A model generated the notes under the pieces. It searched no databases. It had not been told where the DNA came from and saw only the letters and a program-made list of their open reading frames with translations. The position numbers were made by a program, and so were the translations under genes. A stretch of DNA of 64,000 bases from Flaccisagitta enflata (Eukaryota), in assembly GCA_965153355.1 (NCBI GenBank), contig OZ231126.1, positions 35,402,001-35,466,000 of the forward strand, read 5' to 3'. The first letter of the stretch is position 1; the number at the start of each line of letters is the position of its first letter. Below are positions 53,202-64,000 of this stretch, one piece after another.

Positions 53202-54439
53202 TCAGTCCGTTGTTTCTGGATTTCCGTCGGCCTGTGGATATCTGAGAAAGTCGAGGATTTGTCCGGAGTCGATTCGGACGCCTTTTGTTTTGATCAGATC
53301 CAAAAGTCCGTCTCGATCGATGCCGCTTTTGTCTCGAGTGTTGACGGCCGGATAGTCTGATAGTCTGACTGCCGGAAAATGATGTCCACCAACACCGACA
53401 AACTCGTTTCCTCCCATGATGTCGAAGTAAAGCCGTTTGGAGGTCTTGATGATTTTCTCCCTTTCCGGATCTCGAGGGAGAAGTTCCTTTTGCAAGACGT
53501 AAGGCGGCGGCAGCGGCGTAACAAAGTCGGTGGTGGCCGCGGCGGCGGCGACGACCCGCGCGATGTTGGCGGAGCGGCGGTCGGTGGTCGTCGTAGACGC
53601 CGCCGTTGATGTCGATGGCGTTACTGAAGGAGGAAGAGCACGAGGAAGAAGAGATGAATGCGAAGTTGGGTGGTGGTAGTTGTAACGGTGGTGATAGTAG
53701 TAAGGCAAGGAAACATCATCAAGGAACGCTCTTCTCATCCAATCATGGTATCCACTCCACCTTCTCCTTACCCACTCGCGGCTACCACCGCCTGACGAAG
53801 TGATGGCTAATTGGCGTTTGGTCGTCTTCACCGTCTTCGTCGAGGAGGGGACCCAGTTGAGATCGTCGGCGCCGATGTTGAGGCTCTCGAGAAGGCGCTT
53901 GGGTTTGACCAGGTTGGCGTCGATGTTGGCCGGCAACACCTCCAAATCCAACGTGTGGATTTGGGAAACCGGGACGGACGGGCCCATGGCTTGCAGCTGG
54001 TTGTTGGGCGGCAAAGAAGAGGAGCGGGCGTTGAAGTCCACCGGCAGACGGAAGCCCTGCGGGACGTTCTTGATGATCTCCGCGGCGCCAACGCGCTGCG
54101 TGTAGCCCGGGAAATCCATGTTCCAACGGCCGCCCGACTGGGAATACGACGGCGAGGCCAAACTATCGTCGTAGTAACGCCAGTTGGAGTAGTAGCCGTA
54201 ACGAGAGTACGGGCGGAGCGAAGAGTGGTAATCGTAATCGTCGACGTACGGATAGTAGGATGGATAGTAGTGAGAACGCGGTATCAAGCTACGTCCGTAG
54301 GATGGATAGTAGTAGTCCATGTGGTTGTAGTACCTGAACCCCGGTTTGGCATATTTGCCGACGTAATACGGAGTCGTGATGGCGGATTCTGGGAAGCCCA
54401 GAGAGCGTCGTTCGCGATAACGACGCCAATATTCGGGAT
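53202..54439 (-). CDS. Large terminal coding exon of an uncharacterised Tyr/Ser/Pro-rich protein (~412 codons)
   Basis: Long GC-rich non-repetitive ORF, preceded by a long polypyrimidine tract and ccaaag| acceptor (phase 1); no recognisable domain. Confidence 0.8.
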
Positions 54440-55013
54440 CTTTGGTTGGAGGAAAAGGAGAGGTGATGAGGAGGGGGAAGGGTGGGTTGAAGAAGGAAAA
54501 AGAACACAATTTGCTTTTTTCGTTCAGGTTTAGATGGAACAGAGAACCCTATGGTGGAAATTGAGCTTTCTATGACATTGAATTGGTCTGAATCACTAAA
54601 AAAAGAAAAGACATTCTTTTCAAAATTGTTGAGTGAAAAAAGAAAATCTATCCTGGATTCGATGATTTATGAAAGGTCTTTTATTTTAGATCGATCTTAT
54701 CCTGCTAGCTTCATTCGTCTAGATGCCTCTTAAAAATACGAGCAATTGGAAAAAAACATTTATTCAGAAATCACTCTGAAATAAGGTTGTTTCTTTCCGT
54801 GGTCGGTCGATCCCGTGACTTCAACTTTCTGTCCCCAAACACCTTATCAATTTTGTATTCGGCCAAATTGTTTTTTAAAGTATCAGTATCCTATATCAGT
54901 TCTACTTCCGTTTTGATTTATCTTATTTTTTCCTTGTTTTTTTTTCTTGCCCAAGGTGCCGTGTCTGAGGCTAAGCCTTTATATCAGTCTTCGTACAACT
55001 CTAGGAAATGTAA

Positions 55014-55473
55014 AAACAAGCCCGAACTGGCAACGATGCGTCCAGACTGTGTCTCTGCGTATATTGATCATGTGACACATATGGATTGACAGATGGACAA
55101 ACAGACAGATGGAACGACAAGAGTAGTAATGGAGGCTCTCAAATCATGTTTGTCTCGCAGTAGATTCAGTCTAGGATCTGGTCGTGGCCGAAAACGGCCA
55201 AAAACCGCGGTTTTTGCACAGGCGTAACAGACCGACGGATGGACGGACGGACCGACGGACGGACGGACGGACGGACCGACGGACGGACCGACGGACGGAC
55301 GGACGGACAAACCCTCTTATAGAGATGCGAGGACGCATCTAAAAAGCGATCGGTTTGATACGCGACATCGCCATGGCAGAAAAGTGCCGAAAACTGCGAT
55401 TTTCAAGAAAGCGTAACGGACGGACCGACCGACGGACGGACGGACCGACGGACGGACAGACCCTCTTATAGAG

Positions 55474-55480
<7 letters not shown>
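55014..55480 (-). mobile_element. HINE-like element, AGATGCG variant, with a tandemly repeated head
   Basis: Head TTTAGATGCGTCCTCGCATCTCTATAAGAGG at 55345 and a partial second head near 55478; tail GGACGCATC. Confidence 0.7.
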
Positions 55481-55512
<32 letters not shown>

Positions 55513-56092
55513 TAAAAATAATAAAGATAATGATTCATTCCTAATGAGAATAAACTAATGACTAAATACAGCATAATAACGCAAAACAAAAAAATGAGAG
55601 CACAAAAAGAAAGAAGGAAAGAAAAAACATAAGAAGAAAATAAGGGAAAAAAAAAAGAGAAAAAAAAAAGAAAGAAAAATAGAAATAAGGAAAAAAAAGA
55701 AAAGAAATTAAAAAAAAAAGAAAAAAAGAAACAGAAAAAAAAAAGTAAATATGTTGCGAACTGATGCCATGTTGCCTTTACATTGTGACTGACGAACGGC
55801 GATAATGATGAGAATTAGATTGCGTGGGATGGTTGTTTATTGGAAACAAATAAAAGATGAAATAAGGACGATCACTAACAGCTAAAACACCACACGACTA
55901 CATGAGGTTATGAAATGGTAAATACACATATTTAACGCCGTGTTAAAAGGCACATGCATAACGTTAACAAGCAACCAAGCAAAGAAAAAAAGCACCACGA
56001 CAGCGGAGGGGCGGTGGATAATTCGGTTTTCTCCCACTAAGCCCGACTTTTTTCTTTTGTTCTGTCTTTTCTCACTTTGTAGGTTTAGGATT

Positions 56093-56181
<89 letters not shown>

Positions 56182-56182
<1 letters not shown>

Positions 56183-56973
56183 CAATAAAAGATGCCAGCG
56201 ACTGTGAATCTCCTCGTGGGCCGATTGAAAGATGAATATCCGGAATATGCCGTCGACCCGATTTTCGTCGACGGGAATCTGCGATGAAGACCTTTGGCCG
56301 AGTCTCCGTCATCGTCATCGCGGTCGATCAAGTGTTGATAGCCGGACTTTCTGCCGCTGCCGCTGAAGGTGAAATGCGTCGGCGCCGTGTTCAGCTGCAC
56401 GGCGGCTCGTTGATGAGGATGGCTGTCTCCTGCCGGCCCAGCATGGCCGCCTCCACCGCATCCGCAGCGACTGCACGTGCATTTCGAGCATTTGGTGCAG
56501 GATTGCTGGGACGGCTGCGCGGGTTTGACCTCGTCACCGCCGCCCAGTTTGATGGCGCGGACGGATCTGCTGTAAGGCAACTCGGTCTGCACCATCGCCC
56601 GCTGCACCTCCCACGAGTACGTGGAGACGTGTGGTCGGTGTCGTCGAGTCGACAAGTCCCAAGTGGAAGTAGAGGCGTAAAGCGGACGGTGGTTGTCGTA
56701 CAAAGCCGCATGCGATTTTCTGGCTGAGACGACCTCGTCAGCGCTACCATCACCGTCCCTACCACCGCCGCCACCATCATGCAAGTATGATTTGTGGGTT
56801 GGTTTGTAGGATTGGTAGGACTGACCTTTCACGCCGTAAGTTTTCTCTCCCGATGACGCTTGATACGGACTCTGCTGCGTGCCCAGCGGTCGGTCCGTCG
56901 TGCCGTACTTGTCTTGATACAGCAGCAGACTGCTGTAGTGAGGATTGTAACTACTCCATCCGACTTTGGACAT
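56182..56973 (-). CDS. Uncharacterised 263-aa Ser/Gly/His/Tyr-rich ORF with a short Cys cluster (CTKCSKCTCSRCGC)
   Basis: GC-rich ORF, ATG in gccatcATG context, in-frame upstream TAA, acceptor ttttacag| at 57086. Confidence 0.7.
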
Positions 56974-57857
56974 GATGGCTGTTGTTGTGAGGTGTTTTTT
57001 TTTCAAAGAGTGTCGCTGATTTGACGTTTTGTTCTCGTTACAATTGGGCCTTTAGTTGCTTCTCCCAATCAGCGTGGTTGTGGTCTCTGTAAAAACAATT
57101 AGGAGAAAAGACAATGAATGAAAATGACAATATAGTTGGACATAAGTTGGAAGAAAATTAACGATGATGGAGGATTTTTTACCAGCCCAGAACGAAGGAA
57201 TCTATTTGTTTTTCAGTTGTTTTTTTTTTTGGTTTTTTGGTTTTTTTTTATTCTTTATGTAAGGACCATTGAGTTTGAATGAATTTATCAATGATCAAAT
57301 CATTAATTGTTAGAGCAAATTGATATTAACAAACACAAGTAATGGGCGATATGTGCGCCTCGCTGGTTATGAATATGTGAATGAAGCTTTTGTATTCATG
57401 AATGAATAAATGACTAGAGAAAAAAATGAAGAAATGAATGAACGAACGAATGAATGAAAATGAATGTGGAAAGGCATGAGAGATGAACGTACTGAAGAAT
57501 GAAGTTAGATGCAACAGTTTTGCGCAGTTGAAACGTTTGCGCGACCGACAGACCGACCGACCGATAGACATGACCTCTTACGGATGTGCGGGGACGAACA
57601 CAAACGTAAACGGATTTCAATCCAAATAAGGAAATTGCCGTCGATCGATTGAAAATGTAAAATGTGATATATAGGATCAGGCAGAACCATTAAAAACCTT
57701 AACTTAAGGTAATAAGCGATCAAAATCATTGTGAACTTTTTGTTTATAGTATTATTGGTATCAAAAATAAACGTGCTAATATTAACTCATCCCTGTTAAT
57801 GCTATGAAGAAACAATAACAATTTTTGCTATCTTCTTTTTTTTTCAACAAATTTTAC

Positions 57858-58242
57858 CTAAGTTTCTTTTTTCTTCGCTTTGTCGAGGGAATTTTTCCAA
57901 CTTCCTTCGGATTCTTCCTCCTTGCAGTTGGCCGACAGACGTCGAATCGCTCCTTCGCTCACAAAACCTTTCTGCTGTTTGAGGCCGAGAGAGAAAAGTT
58001 TTCTTGAAGGAGAGAGAATTTCTGACCGCCGATGATGAAGATGATGAGGATAGTGATGATGATAATAATGATGAAGAAACTTCTGGATTCTCTCTCATCT
58101 CATTCTGTTTCGATTCGTGCTCCCAGATCGTTCGAATCGCGCGCCGCCCCCGGACAGACAGCGTCTCTATCTCTATCTCATCCTTTCTTCTTCTACTTCT
58201 CGCCCGCGCACCCGGTACATCAGGAAGATGTTCTGCTCTCAT
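57858..58242 (-). other. Candidate first exon (coding or 5' UTR) of the orphan locus
   Basis: CpG-rich island, open frame from ATG 58242, donor TTAG|GTAAAA at 57857 (phase 1). Confidence 0.4.
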
Positions 58243-58243
58243 T

Positions 58244-58300
<57 letters not shown>

Positions 58301-58370
58301 GACCATTTCCGTCTATCTGTCTCTATCTCATCGTCCGTTTCTCTCTTGATTTTTTGTCTGTCTCTCTCTA

Positions 58371-59165
58371 CCAGTAATGGCGGCTGTCGCCGTGAGGAAA
58401 AAAGTCGTAAGCGTTGCTCACTTTTCACCAAGCATTTGTCTTCGGTCACTGCAATTATTTTTATTTGTTAGATCAAATCAAGAGCAATTGAATGTATTGA
58501 TTGCACTGAAAATCAGAGAAAAAAAAGAACTGAGCCAAATGAGCTAGATAAGCTGAAATATTCAACGTCACTCAACCAAGCAACTAGCTATGCTCACTGA
58601 CATGCTTTCTTTTATTTGTATGCTTTAATCAAAACATTTATTTATTTATCTGTTTGAAATCAGAAAAAAAGAGCAAGCTAAAAAAGTTAAGTGGGCTAGA
58701 ATGCTGAAAATCACCCTTACATATGAGCAGCTTTGCTCGCTGACACTTTTACCTAGATTTGCGTGCTGAAACATCTATCAATATATTTATTTATTTATTG
58801 CATCTGAGATCAGAAAAGCTAAGTAAGCTAGAATGCTCAAAATCACCCTCACACATGAGCATGCTCAACTAAACTTAGATACACTCCTTTATTGATCTTA
58901 CACAAAATCATAAAGAATTAAAAACAATTCAATTTGAATTTTTCTTAAATAGATCTTTAGGAATTCATAACGCGAAAAATATTTGTCCCACAGATTTCTG
59001 CTTGGCGCCAAATAAAAGAAAATTATCAAAATTACTTACCCCATCAATTTCATTGAAAGCCTCAATCAGCCGGATGCGATGCTCAACTTTTGCATAAGAA
59101 AATGAAAACCCTGTTTCTCTCAAATATGTCAAAAAGTCGAAGACTGACTGCGACTTTTTTCCCGA
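58371..59165 (-). mobile_element. Helitron-like subfamily A, full length
   Basis: Both termini intact, A|T target. Confidence 0.85.
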
Positions 59166-59177
59166 TCACTGTCTGTT

Positions 59178-59234
<57 letters not shown>

Positions 59235-59338
59235 TTTTGTTCACGATTTTTTTTCTTATGTGGAGTCAGTGTGATCGTGGTTTGTTCTACTCCTCCGTGG
59301 TTGGGGTTTAAAAATTTCAATGCGTCCTCCCATTCCCA

Positions 59339-60606
59339 TAGGACCCGAAGTAGTTAACTTTAACTAGTTAGTTAACTAGTCAATTTTTTGAAAAAGGCTA
59401 TAGTTAACTAGACCAAATTAACTAGTTAAAATAGTTAAAATAAAAGAAGTAAGAAACTAGGAATTGATTGAATTAATGAATAAGTCTTTTGAAACACTCC
59501 TATTAATTGAAGATACATTTGAAGAAAACATTTTAAAACAAAGTAATGCCTGCAAATACATTTGTGCATTTGTACTCTGCAACAATTCATGCATGAGTGG
59601 GTCTGGAACTCAATGTATCTAGGTCATTAGACCCACGTCAATGATTGTTTACTTTTCTGCTTCTCTGGTACTTTCTATTTTCTTTCTCAATCCATATTGT
59701 CCTTTTCATCCTTTCAGTAAAGTAATCTCTTCTTCAGACTATCAATGCTAAGTTTCTTTATGGAATCACACTAGGGATCATCTTGACTTGAAAATACAGA
59801 TAAATTCATATTAGAAAGACAAATAAACCTAAGAAATTGATATATATATATATAAACTAATAAAAGGATGCTTTATCTCATTATTGTTCATCACCTGAGA
59901 ATACTTTGTTTCATTGAATATGGATTCATCATTTGCACTAAAATGGATTTAATGAGTTTGCATATATGAGCATTCCAGCCATCTTATTAGTGTACTTTTC
60001 AGTTTCATCATTTCATTTTCTGTGAATTTTGCATAAAAAAACTAAGTTTTTCGAAGCAAAAGATATCAGATATGGGATCATTTACATTGAATAAATAAGC
60101 AAATACTCTTTGTCTTGAAAGTTCAACAAAAAACATCAATTTGTTCTCCCACTTTCATTGAGACAGATAGAGCCTTCAATGTAGCTTGACTCTCTGTTTC
60201 CAAAGAGGTTCTCTCACTGACAAGATTAATAATAATTGCATTCTTAAAAGTTAAAACCTACATGTCTCATGTCTTGGGAGATCTATTTGCTTGTTGTTTG
60301 ATTAGAATTGACTCTTATTAGACCTGCTTTGATAAGAGTTTCATACGCTCTTGATACAATCTTTTTTTACTATTTCAACCCATTTTGTGATCATTCTGCA
60401 TTTTGCCATCATGAATGGTTTATAAAACGCTACAAATCTTATAAACTGACTTGATAACTGAAAAATATGAGGTTTTTCAATGATGATATGCTTGTTACCG
60501 CAAAAATCTGGTTTTAACTACTTTAGTAGTTAACTAGCCAAAAAAAAGTAGTTAGTTAACTATTGACTAGTTAATTTGAAAACCTTAACTACTTCGGGTC
60601 CTACTG
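59339..60606. mobile_element. hAT-like non-autonomous element with TAGTTAACTA subterminal repeats
   Basis: TIR TAGGACCCGAAGTAGTTAA; ATTCCCAT duplicated at 59332 and 60607. Confidence 0.75.
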
Positions 60607-61285
60607 ATTCCCATAAGAGACTCGTCCAATCGTCCATTGGTTATCAACATCAGATAATGAGCATCAAGGGCCACATTCGCATAGGTGCGACGCCCATGTC
60701 AATGTAAACATTCTCCTAAAATGAGTTCTTAGGCTACAATCAATCAGAATCGTTCGGAAATTTGCCCTATGGGGATTTCGATCGAGATTGTTTTTGTTTA
60801 CAAAACGATTCATAGAGACCCAGATATCGTGTACATGTGTTCCCATTTACTTTATAGAGGAGGGATATTACAAAATCCACCCTGACAAAAATGTAATAGA
60901 GAGTTTTTTTGCGGTTTTGCACCCTACATGGGTTGCACTAAGCTAAGAAAAAAAGTTGACCAAGGTATGAACTCTGTAATGGCGCTGGTTGGGCCGTATG
61001 TAAATGCATGAAAAATATGACGAAAATGGTAAATATTCATATATAGAAAATTTTGAAACATCTACAAAAGTATAAAAAACTTTGTACACAATCTCTTAAT
61101 CTTTTATTTGTATTCATCCCTAATATTTTTATGAGGATTGACCAAAAGAAAGATTTTGTAGGTGACTTGAACAGCCTATCAACAACTTAATTTTCATAAT
61201 ATAATGTTTAAGTTTGAGCCAAAATTTTCTATCAATGAAAACAATGGCTCAAAATAGCTAGCTAATAAAATGATCACCAGAAGCT

Positions 61286-62940
61286 TCAGCATTGATTTAC
61301 AGCTGACCATATTGTATCTGCAAGAGTGGACTTTTGGGCCTCATGAAGTAATTCAGGAGTTTCAGCAAAAGCCTTGGGGATGGTGGTTAATTCATGCTTG
61401 AAAATAGTTTCTGGATCAATATTATCAGTCCTCTCAGCTGTAACAGCAAGTTTTTGAAACAAGATATGTGGCTCAAACTGCACAATTTCTCCATCAACTT
61501 TGCCACCATTTTTGCTTCCCATGGTTACTGCCTGATCTTTCCTCTTAAAAGAAAAATCACTTACTTTCTCTCCAACCATCTTTTCTAAAATGCTTTCACC
61601 AATGGCTTGAGCATTGTCGCAATTGATTGATGGGTTTGCAGAAACACCATTGGCAATGTTGCAAAAAACATCTCCGTACTCAAATGGATTTCTTTCATGC
61701 AAGAATTCAGCTGCAAGCTGTGTATCTTTCCAATCCCAACTAATCTTAGATGGTCCCATCTCAGTATGCTGCTCTACACTTTTTCCTGTATGGCTTGATA
61801 TGCAGATGCACAAAATGGCATTGAAAGAGTCCATACATTTCTCTGCTCTTCACTCATGCCACTTCCATGTGTCAATCCTCCACTGGTCTTCAAATTGCGC
61901 ATAAGACATTGCTCTATCACCTGATCACTGGGGATTCCTGCCCATAATCTCTCACTCCTTTGAATTACAAAAAGCCCATTTGAAAAATGGTGATGAACAT
62001 CTCGGTGAGTCATTTCTAATTAGTGCATTTGCTGCAAGTATATGTTGCCTGACTTTGTATAGTTGTTGTGCCCAGCTGCCGCCAAAAATTTGAGCAATTC
62101 AGCAAAACTAAAAAGTGCATAACGGTAGCAAAAAAAAAAATGGAACAAAATATTTCTTTAAGATTCAAAAGCATCCAATGAGAAAAACATAGCAAAATCC
62201 ATGACCATTTGAAAGCTCTGCGAAAGATCTTCAAAATGATGATGCTGGCTGTTCTGTCTTTATTCGTTAAGTAATGAGACAGCAATAAAGAAGAGGTGGT
62301 CATGAATGTAAAAGCTGAAGTCGTAGAAGTTGTTCCTCTTTGCTATTTTATAAAAAAGATAGAAAAATAATAATTTGAACTTTTTTCTTGGTGTAATTTA
62401 TAGATTTTTTAATTTTCTTTCATTCTAGACCAATCCCAGATCTGTATCTCAAACCGTTTAAAAGTTAGAGCTTGTTAAAGTGAACCACTATTTTTTCAAA
62501 ACTTTTTTATTCAATCTGACCGCAAATTGAATATGGCAATGTTTTCATTCATTCTTACGCCATTTCTAAACGGATAAAGCTAGAATGACCAGCAACGTCG
62601 CATATGAAAGATCTTTTGCAGAGCTTTCAAACAGTCATGGATTTTCTATGGTTAGAGTCATCACTTAAGCAAAAATCATCAAAACAATTTGTTCCGTTTT
62701 TTTTTGCTACCGTTAGGATAGTTTCCAAGCCCCTCTGCTATACTGAAGCCAAAATCTTGCCATTCTGCTTGATTGAAGTTTCTCTTTTTGAGCTGAGAGA
62801 AGCTTTTCAAGTTCATTCAAGGGTTCTTTTGGAATTTCCTCTATTTTTTCACCATCCATCATGGCCTTTTGTGACAACTCAAGTTTACTGAAGAGCACAT
62901 GCATTGCATTACTCTGATCTAATTTGTTGCCTTTCTCCAT
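61286..62940 (-). pseudogene. Academ-type transposase fragments (stops, frameshift, MITE insertion)
   Basis: AAAGHNNYTKSGNIYLQQM, LWAGIPSDQVIEQCLMRNLKTSGGLTHGSGM, LFQKL...IFKHELTTIPKAF...QKSTL motifs. Confidence 0.75.
62122..62713. mobile_element. TA-TSD MITE inserted in the Academ transposase
   Basis: TIR ACGGTAGC(A)nYGGAACAAA; removing it plus one TA restores the frame WKLSYALFSFAELLKFLAAAGHNNY. Confidence 0.85.
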
Positions 62941-62946
62941 GGTTGA

Positions 62947-63621
62947 AAGCTAGATAAGCTAGAATACTTAAAATCATTTATCAAAACAACCAGTTATACT
63001 CACTGACATGCTTTTTTGTATTTGTACGTTAAAACACTTGTCCAAATATCTATTCATTTATTCCATTAGAAATCAGAAAAAAACTGAGCCAAATGAGCTA
63101 AATGAGCTAGATTACTCAAAAACATTCACACGGATGAGCAGCCATGCTTATGAATATGTTTTCTTGTATTTGCATGCTCAAACATACATCAAAACATTTA
63201 TCTATTTATCCCATTCGAAATAAAAAAGAAACTGAGCTAAATGAGCTAAATGAGCTAGAATACTAAAAAACACCCTGACAGATGAGCAGCTATGCTCAAA
63301 AAAGATTTTCTTGTATTTGCATGCTCAAACAAACATAGATACACTCCTTTATTGATCCTACATAAAATCATAAAAAATCAACGAAAAAATCAATATGAAT
63401 TTTTCAAAAATAAATCTTTAAAAAATTATTATGCAAAAAATATTTGTTATAGAGAGTTCTACTCGGCGCCAAATGAAAGAGAATTATCAAATTTACTTAC
63501 TCTATAAATTTCATTGGAAGGCTCATTTGCCTGGATGAGATACTCAACTTTTACACAAGAAAATTAAAACTCTCTGGAATATGTCAAAAAGTCGAGGACT
63601 GACTTCAACTTTTTTCCGCAA
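62947..63621 (-). mobile_element. Helitron-like subfamily A, partial, nested in the Academ element
   Basis: 5' hairpin end at about 63621 plus internal tandem units; 3' end absent. Confidence 0.7.
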
Positions 63622-64000
63622 TAAATAAAGTTGTCTTGCCGATATGTTGGTCAACTTTTTTTTACTTGATAAAGCCACCCTTGAGGAACATGGAACCACC
63701 AAAAAACTTTCTATTACATTTTTGTTAAGGTCGGGTCAGCTAATTTGCTTTGATCCCTCCTCTATTATACACATTTACTTTGTACATGTTTGTCATCGTA
63801 GGAATGTGTGATGTGTGCGTGCATTGTTAGCACCGTGTGCGTTATGCGCATATGTAAGAACTCCACAAAAATTAGGAAAATGTGGTGAGCGGGGCAAGAG
63901 AGGCCGAAAGAGAAAAACAAGAGGGAAGGTAGCTGATAAAAACAGATGGGGACCGTATAAGGAGTGTTTTTTTTGTTTTTAAAGAAACGTAAAAACCACA

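Larger units (their letters stand above)
60855..63764 (-). mobile_element. Decayed Academ-type DNA transposon
   Basis: TIR TAGAGGAGGGAT...ACAAAAATGTAATAGA at both ends, 3-bp TSD TTA, internal transposase remnant. Confidence 0.8.

Noticed and set aside
53811-54533. 240-aa plus-strand ORF (and 56284-56727)
   Set aside because: Antisense shadow of GC-rich minus-strand coding sequence
57052-57054. In-frame TAA upstream of the 56973 ORF as possible stop-codon reassignment
   Set aside because: No internal stops in the verified exons; an ordinary 5' UTR stop is simpler

Overview
AT-rich, microsatellite- and transposon-dense eukaryotic (animal-like) genomic DNA with spliceosomal GT-AG introns; most ORFs in the supplied track are simple-repeat artefacts. 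Hand-splicing recovers: (1) the 5' part of an ABCA-subfamily (ABCA3-like) transporter gene on the minus strand (exons 13167-13115, 11483-11262, 3271-3027, continuing off the left edge); (2) a complete, divergent MARCHF5/MITOL-like RING-CH E3 ligase gene on the plus strand (7 coding exons, 21312-27335, 273 aa); (3) an orphan minus-strand locus at 53.2-58.2 kb with two long GC-rich, Tyr/Ser-rich coding blocks and unresolved splicing; plus weak candidate exons at 40-49.5 kb. The rest is a nest of non-autonomous mobile elements. Three related Helitron-like subfamilies combine canonical Helitron ends (A|TY...YTGG|T) with Helentron/DINE-1-style subterminal inverted repeats and hairpins. There are also many DINE-1/HINE-like elements with covarying termini, hAT-, Tc1/pogo-, CAC-ended and G-ended TIR elements with verifiable target-site duplications (TSDs), a decayed Academ-type transposon, a LINE 3' end and a probable SINE. 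All family assignments come from motif recall, not database searches.
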